From Lama glama (taxonomy: Eukaryota), in assembly GCA_028534125.1 (NCBI GenBank), contig CM052817.1, positions 19,594,001-19,658,000 of the forward strand: a DNA stretch of 64,000 nucleotides, given 5' to 3'. Of the stretch, positions 36,491 to 49,800 are shown piece after piece (the stretch's first letter is position 1; each line of letters begins with the position of its first letter). Under the pieces are notes generated by a model. It saw nothing but the letters and a program-made list of their open reading frames with translations. It made no database searches and was not told the DNA's origin. Both the position numbers and the translations under genes were made by a program.

Positions 36491-37829
36491 GTAGGGGGGG
36501 GATAATGATATTATCCCCATTTCTTAAAACTAAGTAACTGAAGCTTAAGGATCTAGAAACCCTATAAATAAGTAGGATCCCTATTTGAATCATTGTCTTC
36601 AGTTTCCAAAGTTTTTTTATTCTTATCACATTTTTCCCTTAGATTGAACCATCTTGAGATATTCTCAAAGATGAAAAAAGAAACAGAAACCAACAAATAA
36701 GGGAACAGAATGAACTCTAATAGACAGGACAATATCTTTATCAGGACAATAGAGACTGAGATAAAAACGTGGATCCCCTAAAAAATATTCATTGAACCCC
36801 TTCTTATGCCTGATACTTCACTAATCACTTTCATTTCAATAATAATAGTTACTCCTCATAAAATAGCGTAAAGAAAAGTACCTGTGCACACGCAGCTATG
36901 CAATTTAACTTCTTTGAAATAAATTCTCTTTTCCAGATACAATAATGATCGAACAGAGAAAATAAAATGTAGTTCGCTTATGTAGGTTGATGAAATAATG
37001 GAATGGCATAGCACGCAAGTCTGTGGCTCACCCACCATGTGGGCTTGAGGTGAACGTGGGCAAACCATTGCCTCCCATATTCCCAAGCAGGCAAGGTGAC
37101 CCTGGCTCTTTCTACGAGATGTGTCTCAGCAGAAAGTTCCTGGCCTAAGGGTCCTAACCATAACAAATGCGTTCTCTCCAGATTCAGGTTTCTCCTCCCT
37201 CTCTGGCTTGCCTAGTGAGCTGAAGACTCTCCTTAATGGGGCTAATGGACCTCTCTAGCCTGAAGGCAGTTTTGCCTTTTCATAGTCAATAGACTGAAAA
37301 TTTTGAAAAGACAACATAGTCTGAAACTCATATTAAAAGGGTACTGGCTTTTCTGTCTCTGAACAGCCCTCGTCTTGAGAATAAATTATTTTTTTCATTA
37401 TACATTTCCACACAACTCCCCTCTGCCTGTAACTTCTCAGTTTTTTTTTTTCTTCTTCTTCTTATTGGCAGATACTTTTCTACTTTCATATCTCTCCTGT
37501 CTTAAAATACCACTTTATCTTCTTAGATCTTGTCTACCTTCTGGTGATGCTTTTCTCTTTTTGTCTTATGACTGCTGACCTCCTTGAACATACGGCCTGT
37601 CTTAATTCCCTGAATATTGCATTATCTATCTTTTAACTCCTGAAATTCTGTCATTTGACCTTGCAATTCCCCTGAAAAGATTGCTGATGATCTCATCAAT
37701 TCTTTCAAGTATCTTGCTTTTTTTTAATCATCAAGAGCTATACAGTAGTGAATCAAATGGATGCAGCACTGCCTCCTATATTTCCTTACTTAAATATGTA
37801 AATAAAAATTACAGCTAGTACTTAAGCTA

Positions 37830-38085
37830 TATTTACTCACAACATTTCTGAGTCCAAATGAGAGGTTTTTTTTTTCGCTCTGACACCAAAAACTCAGGAT
37901 CTTTTTTCAACACTAGTTGAACTCCCTGACAACAGCTGGTTGTCAAAGAATTCAATTCAATTGTGATAGTATTTACCTGGAGTTAGTATCAGATGCCACA
38001 AGTTAAAGGGGTCAGTCCAACAAGGCTGTCCCCACCTCAGATGCTAATCTCAAGTCCCAGGCCTTCTGTACTTCTGACCAGTTTG
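37830..38085 (-). mobile_element. MER21-like LTR fragment
   Basis: ctcacaacatttctgagtccaaatg, aattcaattcaattgtgatagtatttacctggagttagtatcagatgccacaagtt, ctgtccccacctcagatgc and cttctgtacttctgacca. Confidence 0.8.
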
Positions 38086-39656
38086 ATTTACACATTCTAC
38101 ATGGGAGGACTGGCTCCTCACTAGAATCGACTTTTCTATAACCCTGAACTCTCCATATATTTTGAATACAAACTTTATTTAGAATTGAGAAGATGTTATC
38201 TTCTCACTTTTATTTCCATCTCTGCCCATCTTAGAAAAGTTTCCAACTCCCTCTGACCCCTTCTAATAATCACTGAAAAAGAATCTTTAACATTTGGTTC
38301 ATCTCCATAGATATTCCAGAGATATTTACTATGCCTCCTTTTGATGCGGTACTCAAATACCTTTTTCTTGGAAAGTCAAGGAAGAGATAAACTTGTATGT
38401 TAAAAAGAAAGAAAAAAGCATTGACTCTCATGAAGATAAATTGCATTGCATCAATTTTATTTATTTTTATTATTTAAAACTTTTATTTATTTTATAGCTT
38501 TTTAAAAATTGAAGTATAATTAACAAATAATATCATATTAGTTTTAACACTGGTAAGAGCCTTAAAATCTTCAAGGGAATCCTAGGGAAAGTCTCTCAAT
38601 AAACCACAACAGTAACCTTTAATTATGCAATTAATTTGTAAATTAAGCTTCCGTAACTGGAAGTTTACAAGCAATCTATTTACCATTACTGGCTAGTTCT
38701 TATTCTCCTCCGAAGATAAATGTGCTGCTCTCGGTGTGAGGGGTACTGTAACCTCTTTGGCTTAATAAATACTTTGGTTGTCAGAAAAGCCCTGGCCTCA
38801 TTAGCAGAATAAAATTTCCACCTGCCAGGGATTCCCCAAGTTACATGGCTGAATAGAACATTCTAACTTAAAAATTCTTTTCTTCAATTTTGAAAGTTTT
38901 CTCTGACTATCTGAGGGATTTCAAGCTTTGAAGCCTCACCTGAATGCCCAGGACTTCCTCGTAAAAGTTCTGCTGGAAATAAACAGGACTAAAGTGCTCG
39001 CAGGTCCAAGGCTGTGAGGCCGTGAGACAGGGGTGGGGGCACTCTGGGATGAGAATCCAGGACTCTGTTGATCCCCTTGTGTTGTATGGACACTTGAAAG
39101 TTGTAGAAACCCCAAGAAGAGTAAACATGCATAAAATTACTTTGGCTTTAATCTATTTCACTAGAGACATTTTTCCTCCTAGATGGGGAATGCTGACCTT
39201 CTCCGTCTCTGTCTCTCTCTCACACACACACTCGTCACAGGATATTGGATCTTCTTTATGTATTTTTTTCTCTTTAGGCACACACCCGTGGTACTTGGTT
39301 TTGCTTCCTCCTTGTGAAATTACTATAAATACTATTTTTCTTTTCTTCTTACAAAATTAATTTATGATCAATGTAGGGTCCTTTAAAAATAAAAGTAAGT
39401 CTTAAAGCAACTGGACAATCATTTATAACCTCACCCATTCAAGTAAGATTGCCAAATGTGTACACACTGCTAGATTTTGTCTTTGTCTGTCTCTCCCTTT
39501 ATGTGACACATTGAGCTCGTTTACTTTTCAGTTTTGCTATCAACAATCATGGAGTCATACTATTTTATAACTGTATTTTTAAAAACTTGACAGTATATTG
39601 AAATACTCTTTCTGTAATGTCATAATACATTTTCCATGGCTGCATAGTAAATAATA

Positions 39657-39842
39657 TATTTGTTGAGCTATACTTCACATAAAATTCATAATTTTAAAAT
39701 GCAAAATTCAGTGGTTTTGGTTAGGTTCATTGTACAACTAACACCACTAATTCCATATAACTTTCCTCACCCCCTAAAAAAGACCCCATACCTCTTGTCA
39801 GTTAGCCCCAATTTACCTCCCTGCCACAACTTTCTGTCTCTA
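39657..39842 (-). mobile_element. L1 extreme 3' end
   Basis: tttgttgagctatacttcacataaaattc...aattcagtggtttt...ctcaccccctaaaaaagacccc...ctttctgtctcta. Confidence 0.75.
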
Positions 39843-40134
39843 GTGAATAAGTGATGCAAATAATTGCGCAAATATTGGGGGTAATTTCAAAAGGGAGAAT
39901 ATCTGGCAAGACTCTTAGAAAACACAAGGCTGAATTACAATATGTAGCAAAAATAACACAGTTGGCAAACAAAATTATTGCTTTACTGCATATTAGAGAT
40001 AATAAACACTATGGGTATCTGAAAATAGGCCTCATAACTGTGTCTGGAGCAGTCAAGGAGGGATCTTTTGAAAGAGATGGGACTTCATCAGGGCCTGGAA
40101 GGATGCACTGGATTTGAACTAAAGAAATGATGTT

Positions 40135-40266
40135 GGGGAAGCTATAGTTCAGTGGTAGAGCATGTGCATAGCATGCACACATTCCTGGGTTCAATCCCCA
40201 GTACTTCCATTTAAAAAAAAAAAAACCTAATTACCCCCCAAGCAAAAAAATAAAATTTCTTTATTT
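40135..40266 (+). mobile_element. tRNA-Ala-derived SINE (camelid Vic-1-like)
   Basis: A-box tagttcagtgg (40145-40155), AGC anticodon remnant (catagcat), B-box ggttcaatccc (40188-40198) and an A-rich tail with cctaattacccc. TSD aagaaatgatgt (40122-40133) / aagaaatgacat (40267-40278). Confidence 0.9.
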
Positions 40267-40299
40267 AAGAAATGACATAAGATAATGGTCTAAACCAGA

Positions 40300-40525
40300 A
40301 AGACATAGAGCGCAATGTCTTGCAACCAGAGGGCTGCAGACTCACTGCATTCAAATCTTTATTCTACTACCTTCTGAGGCAAGTTCCTTAACTTCTCTAC
40401 GCTTCAGTTCCCCTTTTGTAAAATAATTATAATTGTACCTACTTCATACGATGGTTGTGTAGATAGAATGAAATGAATTTAGCAGGAATTCTGACATATA
40501 AGAAGTATTTAAGAAGCTATTATGA
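40300..40525 (+). mobile_element. MIR
   Basis: ttcaaatc...ggcaagttccttaacttctctacgcttcagttcccc...tgtaaaat...gtacctacttcatacgatggttgtg. Confidence 0.8.
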
Positions 40526-40934
40526 TATTTATAATTAATCAGAAATGGTGGAAGAGAATGTGCCTGATGTGTGTGATTGGGGTAGGTTGAGAGGGACCAG
40601 GATAACTTGGAGGAAGCCATGGTCCTGATGTGGAGCTGTCCAGAAAGGACTGGCTATCTGTGGCCATTGACTGGTTGAAGTCCTGATGTTATTTTGAGGA
40701 TTCCCTTTGATTGACTGGAACACAGACATAGAATACAAAATTCTAGGTTGTATTTGTGGAGGTGATTACGAATACGTTGATATGCTGGCTTGGTGAATAG
40801 AGTACTTCCTCTGTCAATAGCACCATGATTTACTTAGGATTTTGGTTTACTTAGTAGCCTATCAGTAGTAGTAGTAATAATTGGGTTACTTACCCTCTAA
40901 GGAACATTCTGTTTCCTTATGACTATCATCACTA

Positions 40935-41205
40935 CGACTATATAATATTTATTGAAAATATTGAACGTCTGTGATATGTAGGCACTCTATTAAGCCCTTT
41001 CCATGGATTATCACATTTAATCTTGACAACAACCCTCTAAAGCAGGAATTATTATTAATCTCCACTGTATAGATAAGAAATGTAAGAATCAAAGAGTTTA
41101 ACTAATATGCCCTAGGACAAATAGTTTGTAGGCAAATGAAAAAGGACTTTGCTAATAATCTTGTCAAGGTGTCATGCTTAGAGCAGGAACTCTTAACAAC
41201 CACAA
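40935..41205 (-). mobile_element. MIR
   Basis: atttattga...aggcactctattaagccct...ttatcacatttaatcttgacaacaaccct...tatagataagaaa. Confidence 0.75.
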
Positions 41206-41794
41206 ATTAATAAGATTTTTTTCCCTCATCAATCATTTATTGGTATTATGAATATTACAGGATGCTCTCCCAAAGAAGGGGAAATTTATTCTAGTGCACT
41301 CTAGAACTTTAGAACTTATTTTAAATAACACGTGCAAAGATTACTTCAAGTGTCTTTGTGTATGAAGAAGTATACTGTGTATAGTATACAATCTGAATTA
41401 AGTACAAAAGAATGAGAAGTGCTCTCTTTTTACCTAACATTTTTATTTTTTTACAAATACAAATATGATGGAGATTGCTTCTTTTGAAAAAGAGGCTAGT
41501 AAATTGCACAGCCCAGATTGCATTAATCTCACTTATTTTCCTACTTATCCTTTCTACACCTACCTGCCCACAACCTTGATTCCAGTAACTCCCCCTTCTT
41601 GCAGTAATACCTTTGCTGACCCATATTTTTCACTTGACAATTACCTACCTGATAGTAATTTTTTTCCTGCACACTACACTCATATAATTTAAAAACTTGA
41701 TTTTAACTTTTTAAATATCAGGAATTTGTGTTATAACCATGTGTGGTTCTCCTTGAAGATCAGTTACAAAGGGGCTCACAAATACAAGTGTCTA

Positions 41795-42040
41795 AATTAG
41801 AAAGGTCATGAGCTTCTGATGCAGAAAACCTAGATTTGAATTCCTGCTCATCCATGCACAAGCTGGTGATCTAGAACTTCACATATTTGGGTTTTCTTGG
41901 TTTCAGTGCCCACAAAATGGAGAAAACAGTACTGTTGATGTTAATGGAATTTATAGTATAACCAGAGAAAAGGTATATGGAAGCATATTACAACTAAATA
42001 TTATTAGTACGCTGGAATTTGTTATGAGTAAATGTTTGTT
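41795..42040 (+). mobile_element. MIR
   Basis: cagaaaacctagatttgaattcctgctc...gtttcagtgcccacaaaatggagaaaacagta. Confidence 0.55.
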
Positions 42041-42514
42041 AAACACCTTCACAATTGAATTAATGAGTTTATTAACTGGGAAAAAAAGAATAAGGGGCAA
42101 AATATCTAAGGATGTGTCATGAGTAGACCAGGTACCTTAAAGAACATTTTCTGCCACTAGATCTTATGCCCATCTTGTTGACTACTCTTCACAAAGCCAG
42201 GCTCACAGCAACAACTTATTAAAGAATTGGTAACTTAATATACACTGTGGGGTTATTGGGGATTATTAATGTTAGTGAAGAGGAAATTGTCTAGTGTTTG
42301 AAGGATGAATACATTCTGGAAAAGAGAATATAGAGGGGAAGGTAAGAATAATGTTACAGAAGCAGAGAAACATCTCTTTCAGGTTAGTTAGAACATATGA
42401 GTTACGTGATGCAAAAAATAGTGGGAGGGAAGCCTAAAAATTAATAAAAGGGACAGATTATAAAGGGACTTGAATGACAGGTTAATGACTAAGAAGTTCA
42501 TGTTGAAACTAAAG

Positions 42515-42760
42515 ATAGCTAATATATACGTGTACTATCTGCAAGGCACTGTTCTAACCACTAATCCTGTACTAACCTCATTAACACTTTAACTCTGACA
42601 ATCACTCTGAAATGTATCTATTATTGTGGTTCACATGTTTTAGATAAAAAAGAAGTGAGATACATGGAAGTTAGGTAGCTTGACCAGGGTCATGCAGCTA
42701 GTCAGTGGTAGAAATAGTATTTGACCACAAGAAGTCTGGTTCCAGGTCCACTCTCTTTAC
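42515..42760 (-). mobile_element. MIR
   Basis: atagctaatat...caaggcactgttctaacc...aagttaggtagcttgaccagggtcatgcagctagtcagtggtag...tctggttccagg. Confidence 0.8.
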
Positions 42761-42778
42761 AAATTCATTGGAGAGCCC

Positions 42779-43250
42779 GGTTACAGTTATCTTTTGCTGC
42801 ATAGCAAACCACCCCAAAGCTTAGTGGCTTAAAACAAAACCTTTTTTATTTCTCACCACTGAGTTGTTGATCAGTCAGTTCTTCTAGTTCAAGTGATGTT
42901 GGCTGGGGCAATGGAATTGATAGAAGGTATAAAATGGCCTCACTCACAATCGGAGCTGGCTGTTGGCGGAGAGCTTTGCTGGAACTGTTGGTCTGGGGCC
43001 TTGGTTCTTCTCTGTGTAGGCCTGTTCGTTGGGCTTCCTCACAGCGTGGTTTGTGGATTCCCAGAAGAAGCTGCACAAGAAAAAAAGAAGAGGATGTTGC
43101 CAGTGTTCTTATGGACTGGGTTCATAAATCCCAGAACACCACTTGTGCCTTCTCCTGTTGGTCACAGCAGTCATGAAGCCAGAAGAGACTCAAGAGGAGG
43201 AGAAATAAACTTCATCTTCAATAGGAAAATGATATGCACTTAAAGGGAGG
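42779..43250 (-). mobile_element. MLT1 (F/H-like) MaLR LTR
   Basis: gttatcttttgctgcatagcaaaccaccccaaagcttagtggcttaaaaca, aaaatggcctcactcac and gggcttcctcacagcgtggt. Confidence 0.85.
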
Positions 43251-43255
43251 AAAAA

Positions 43256-43787
43256 AATCTGTGGTATATCCAGACAATAGAGTATTATTTAGTGCTATAA
43301 AGAAATGCTATATCAAGCCCCGAAAGACATGGAAGAATCCTAAATGTGTATTACTGAGTGAAAGACACCAATCTGAAAAGTCTACATACTATGTGATTCC
43401 AACTGTATGATGTTCTGGAAAAGGCAAAACTATGGAGACAATAAAAAGACTGGTGGTGGTTGGTGGGAATGGGAGATTTTATAAGGCAGTGAATATACTC
43501 TGCATAATACTATAATATGGATAGATGTCATTAGACATTTGTCCAAGCTTGCAGAATGTATAACACCAAGAGTGAACCCCAATGTAAACAATGGTCTTTG
43601 ATTGATTATGTTGTGTCAGTATAGGTTCAGCACTTGTAACAAGTGTGACACTCCGGTGAGGGATGTTGATAATGGGGTAGGCTATTCAAGGGATGGGCAG
43701 GGGGTATATGGGAAACTTCTGTACCTTCCTCTCAATTTTACTGTGAATCTAGGACTGCTCTTAAAAAAAAATAAAGCCTTTAAAAAA
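43256..43787 (+). mobile_element. L1 3' end (L1MC-like)
   Basis: ctgtggtatatccagacaat, ccaatctgaaaagtctacatactatgtgattcca, acaccaagagtgaacccc, ggtatatgggaaacttctgtac, then aataaa (43770-43775) and a short A tail. Confidence 0.9.
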
Positions 43788-44869
43788 TTAATGGCAGTCC
43801 TCTCTGGAATTCTACTTCACATCTCAAGTTATGGGAAGTATACAGCTATCTGTTGGACCCTAAATTTTCTGAATTTCTGATCATCATATATGGAGGAAGA
43901 AACATCTATTGTGAAGATTAAGCATTCTTGTCTAGCTTTTCTATCATAAGAGGCTGTAACTAGCATTGCGTAGTGTAGCAAAGGCTATTATTTGAGCAAC
44001 TGACTTTGATTTCACATAAAATAGAATGTACATATGACGGCCCAATAATAATGACATGATTATTATAGTGGTTCAGAAAGGTATTTCTAAACACTTGCTG
44101 ATCCTTGCCAGTTTGTCTTTGCCACTGAGGAGTGTGAGATGCTGTTATTTAATGCATTTGACAGTGGATTATAGTAGAATTAAATGCTAGTGGAAACAAA
44201 GTTCTCTTAATGGCTCTGAATAATCTAAATGTAGAAATTATTCTAGTTCAATGGAGGGTAAAATTATAGGATGTTGAATTCTTTCCAACAAGATGAATTG
44301 GGAAGATGGGATATGGAGATTAAACGCAGACTACTGTACAGGTTTGTACTATAACACCAGGAAGACAATTAGGCTGGAAGAGTGGGAGAGAAAGACAGAA
44401 TTCTAGAACACAGAGAGGGGGATTCCAGTTCATTAACTATAGGGCTGTCATGGAGCTCACAGACTTTGTGACAGTATAGTGAAGATAAATAGTTCTAAAA
44501 ACTCCTCCTGTTCAGTGATAAAAATTCCAACTAGTGAAAAGATTTTTGCATTTGTGGTTGAATGGTCTTTGCTGGATAAAACTGAAATGATGACATGTCA
44601 GCTCATTTCATCTGTTGTGAAGTTTTTTCAAGAAAAGTTCTTAACCTACTATTTGTTTTCTTAAAAGAGGGATAGGTGATTAAAATATCTTACAATTTTT
44701 TGGCAGAATATCACTATGCATACTAAAGCATTATTATATATTTGGATACATTATATATTTGCCTTTGCATTATTACATATTTAAATATATATTCAAATAT
44801 ATATTATATATTTGAATGCTGCTTACTAATAAGAATCTGTATTTAACTTCAAATCTGTTGTTTACTGAT

Positions 44870-45960
44870 CACTTACATGATCAACAATGTTTTCTTGAAT
44901 AGCTGCATAATATACTGCATCATGCTGGGCAGTGGTAATGTAAAAGTGCATCAAATCATCTCCGTCCTAGACAAACTGCACTCAGTCCAGTTAAGGATCT
45001 AAATGTGCCCAACATATTATGACATGATCCTTTTAATAAAGTAATTGGGCCATATGTAGGCCATTTGGAGACCACAGGATTGGTCATGTTCTGGATTAGA
45101 TGCTTTTAGGAAAAACTTCACAGAGGAAACTGTATATTGTGGAATACAGGTGTTATAAGGATGTGCTAAAACATGGGTAGAGAAATGGCAGTGCAAGAAA
45201 ACATTAAGGATCTGAAATGTTATTAATATCAGGGACATGGGGAAAGAATGCTAGATGAAACTGGTAATACTGACAGAAATAATATGATAAAGGATCCGGC
45301 ATGTCAAACTTTGAGAGTACTAATGTCTAACGAGTGATGGATACTGTAGCAGACAGGGTAGGTTAGGTTATATTGTCACAGAAAATGACACCATATTTTC
45401 GATGGCTAAAACCACAACTTCCATTCTTCCCCTCACAAAACACATCCAATTAAGGCCATTCACCACACTGGTCCATGTTGTCCTCACTCAGGGTCCCAGG
45501 TTTATGAAACACCATTTTTCTGGCTCAACACTAGTTATAACGGTGGGAACTGTTTCTTAATACTTTAAGACAAAAAATGTCATGTGTCCTTTCTACTCAT
45601 ATTTAACTGGCCAAAGCAAGTCATGGGGCCATTACTGATCCTGAAGAAAAGGAAATGGAAACATTCGGTAAATGATACTACAATCTATCATAGATACACA
45701 GGGATTATTTACACATTAAGCAGAGAGGTTGATGTAATAAATCATTTATCCTATCTCAAAATCATTTTGGAGTTCAGAAAGCATGGAATGGAGTTTAAGA
45801 ACTTGTTGCTAATATCCACGGTAAAAGAATCTGACAGAGTCATTGCAGTGGAGAACAGAGAAAGAAATTAAGTTCTTTTTTGAGGTGTCAAATTCTTAAA
45901 ACTTAACAATGACTGAAAACTGAGCAAGAGAGCAAAATCTAGATTTTTTTTCCTGGTGTA
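44870..45960 (-). mobile_element. Decayed L2 interrupted by an old MLT1 LTR at about 45345-45700
   Basis: L2 tail tcaacaatgttttcttgaatagc...tgctgggcagtggtaatgtaaaagtg. Inner segment tgtagcagacagggtaggttaggtta...ggctaaaaccacaac...catatttaactggccaaagcaagtcatggggcca is MLT1-like. Confidence 0.55.
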
Positions 45961-46169
45961 TTAAAGGTGTAGATATCAGAGTTGATGGAGGAATCACTGT
46001 TTGTATAAGGGAATTAAAGAAAAGGAGAAGCTTGATTGCTAAGATGATATTCCAATGCTAGAAAAAACATCCCTTAGCAAGACAAATAATTTGGACAGTT
46101 AGCAAAGCCTAGCCTTAGACCATGAAGTTACATGCTTAATGTCATTTTATGCCAATCATTACTTGTAAA

Positions 46170-46365
46170 GTTTTTGGAGTCAGGCATACTTGACTTGAAT
46201 CCTAGCCTTATGTCTTGCCAGGAGAACAGTATTAGACAAATGACCTAGCTTTCCTAAAGTAAATTTGCTCGTACATATGATGAGGATAATAAAGATGCTT
46301 ATTTTATAGGTTTGCTGAAAGCTATAACATAAAGCATGCATAATGCTAAATAAAATGACATCAAC
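46170..46365 (+). mobile_element. MIR
   Basis: tttggagtcaggcatacttgacttgaatcctagcc...gacaaatgacctagc...atgaggataataa. Confidence 0.65.
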
Positions 46366-46852
46366 TTACAAGTCTTTATTTTAAAGTTTTTTCAAAAATT
46401 TTGAAAGATGTTAATCTTTGGGTTTTGGGAATAATAAATGGAATTCCTGGGAGTTCTTGGGAATCTCAAATCACTGGTTTTCTGGAATTTCTTTAATACT
46501 TTATATGTATTAAATTTTGTGATAAATATATATTTCAATATCATGAAGATTATGTGCATATGCTGTAGATATTTGAGAGTGAAACCATTAGGAAGGAGAA
46601 TATTAACACATATAAATGGCAAAGTTTTTAAAATGCCCAATAAAACCATTTACACATTGAAAGATGATATTGTAACACTGAATACTTAAAAGTTATCATT
46701 TATTACTCTCCAGATATAATCTTAAACATGCAAAATATTAATTGCTTTATGTAATTGTTTTGGTCTTTGTTTCATGACATGTATGTCAGAGGTAGAATTT
46801 TTTTTTCATTTTCTGTTGACAGTTGAATTAAGTATGTTTATCAAAGCGTCTC

Positions 46853-46896
46853 CATGTTCATCACTAATATGCATGTTCATCACTAATATGCATGTT
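46853..46896. repeat. Perfect 19-bp tandem duplication
   Basis: catgttcatcactaatatg x2 followed by catgtt. Confidence 0.95.
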
Positions 46897-49800
46897 GATT
46901 CTTTTCCATTTTTATGATAAAAATATTTGTCTGCTTACACTGATTTTCGTTCTATCTTTGAAATTGACACCATTTTTCTTAATTCAAAACTGTGATCATT
47001 TTCTGTTTCATGTGTGAGGGAGCACTCCACAAGAACATTCACCCTTTCTTTCCTTTGTATTCCTTCTGTTAAAAACATTTACAAAGAATTGTAGCCTAGA
47101 GCAAATTTTTAAGCACTGTAACATTCTAGTGAGCATTATTGGATAGTATTCAAATAACATATTTGATTGTTCTAGCGAGGTTAACGGGGCTACACAGGAT
47201 TATGTGTTGAAACTGACATTTAAGTACTTATTTTGCTTCTAAAACTTACTATTTTTTAGGACACTACTCATAGAATTTGTATAAAGTACAGTATGTGATT
47301 AAGCTTATTTGCTCTGCAGTAATGTCTTAACATTTATAGCAGAAAAGTCCATGACTGGATCTATAGAACATAACAACAGCTACAAGTAAAAATCTGTGTT
47401 TCTCTTATGAGCTCCTGTCTAGATTTCCAGAAATGTCAACCTTAAGTTTTAATAATACTCTGCTCTTGCTTCAAATGACGTCAGTGCTTTCTTTGAACCA
47501 ATAACATCTCTATGTAAACTTTAATTCCTGTGGGATAATTATATTGTTAAATGATATCATGTATTATTAAATATTATGTTTCCCTATTTTCTCATTTTAT
47601 TTTTATCAGGAATCAGGATTAAAGAATCATAAATATCCTAAGAATTTCCAGAAGCAATTTCCACATGGAAACATTAACTACCACAAGTTAAGGACCCAGG
47701 AATGTTATATGCCTTTTTCTCTTCTTCCTCCTTATTATCTTTTTCTCTCTCTCCTTGTCTAATAGTTTTTTCCTTATGATGATCATCTTCATCTTCACCA
47801 TAGTTACTATGTATCAGGATAATATGGGAAAAGGCAGCTTAGGAGCCATAGGGGCCTGGTTTCTTCTGTGTTCTGCTACCAAATACTTAATACAAGTAAT
47901 ACTAACACTGCAATTCTGAGAGCATTAAGTGGAATGTGTATTGGGACAGGTACATAATACATACTCAATATATTTGACCACAGCAATCAGTAAGCGTGTC
48001 TATGTTTGTAAGCATAGCAGACACACAGACACTAGTGTTAGTAAATTAAGGAGAATATATGGGGCTAACTATTTCTCCTTTTTTAGTTTGAACACATTTT
48101 TGGTAAGGGATTGACCTAGAGATTGTCACAGAGCACAATTCTTTAATGGAAATGTTCCCATGATTCAAATAATCACAGTGGTTTTACAGACATTTCTTTT
48201 GACATTATTAGCAAAATTTAAGGAAACATAATCAGGTCAATTACTGGAAAAAATAAAGCTCCACATATGAATTATACTCTACATTCAAATTGCATACATC
48301 CCAATTTTGTATTACTTCTAAGGGTGCACTGTTTTAGGTGAGAGCTGATGCTCAGAAAGACCATTATGAGGCATAACTGACATGCTGGAACATTAAGAAA
48401 AAAAAATTCAGTCATTCTAATTAGAATCTTCCTTCCAGAAAGCTGGAATTATACTTTGCTTTCAACTACAAGATTTGACATACAAAATAAATGTTTTCCC
48501 ATCTTTATCACAAGAATGATGCAGTGAACTAGCATTCTGCCTTCCCCTGTGGCTTGATCTTTCAAGGTAATGGAGGCTGCATGGACTTTCCAATGGTTTG
48601 AATGGAATCATAGGCATTATTAGCCTCGAGGCATTTAATGAGTGTCTTTCTGAGAAAGTTATTATGCATATTATTCATGCCTGTATCCATCTTCTTAAGA
48701 AAAATAATCTTATTTGGCAAAAGTAGAATAATTGTTCAAACAGATTTTAAGAAAAGAAAGAAAGAAATCTGCTTTGAGTCATGTGTTGCCCATCTCCAGT
48801 ATTTTTCCTGTGGCACAGGTATTCCTTCTTTCTTTCTGTCCTATTCCAGTGGAGCAAGCTGATCCAGAAATATTTAATGAGGTGAAACGTATTCTACAGG
48901 CCACTCAGATTTGCCACTGAATAGCTCACTTTGCAGCAGAGACAAGATCTGTCACCTTGTGGGCCCTGAAATGTCCAGAAGACCACAGATCATTTCTACA
49001 GGACTGAACCCTCAGGGAGTTGAACAGACGAGCTTCTATTTTAGTAGTCCAAAAGGAAAAAATTGGGTATTCTCAGCTCTTTCTCAACCTTTTGAAAAAT
49101 ATATTCCAAATCATACATTGACCTATTAATTTACATGTACTAAACGGTTGTTATACATTTTAGCAACATCTTGTAGAATTAGGGAGATACAAAGAACTTA
49201 TAGTTGAAACTTCTTTCACTGTATTTCTTTTTTAAGTGAAATTTATTCCATAGCATTTCAATCCTGTTCTCCTGGACTTAAAGATATGCTATCATCATAT
49301 TGCTTATGAGACAATTTTTTTCCAAGAACAAAGAGAGTAATTTTGAATGTTAAAAATGGGGTAACAATGTACTTCAGATACAAATTTGATTTCAGTCTTA
49401 TTCTTTTTTAGTGGCTTTATACTAAGTCTAGATTTGCTTTAGTTTCAACCTCTTCCATAGACTTTAATAAAAGAAATAGAAAAACTCAATAAAATTGCAG
49501 AGATTCCACATTTCAATAAGATTAGTACTTGGCTAAGTGTAGAATTTAAATTATTCATTTACTTCTGTCTTCAATTCAAGGCTCTAGTCATTCGAGAAAC
49601 ACTTTCTGCAGACTTTTGCACGCACAGATTCAAGGAATGTTTTCTCTTTGCGTTTCATGTGAGATTAGAGGAGCATCTCCCAGCCCTAGAAATAATACTG
49701 CACAAAACAAAGACAAAAGCAAAAACTAAAAATCCCCAAAGTGTATCCCTCTTTGCCCAATTCAGTCATTCTTGCTAGTCTTCTTTTCAAGGAGCCAGGG

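Noticed and set aside
40135..40207. Possible tRNA-Ala gene (also 17310-17380)
   Set aside because: Stems are imperfect, and both copies carry A-rich SINE tails and target-site duplications.
47476..47483. Perfect CRE palindrome tgacgtca
   Set aside because: A single 8-mer with no promoter context is compatible with chance.
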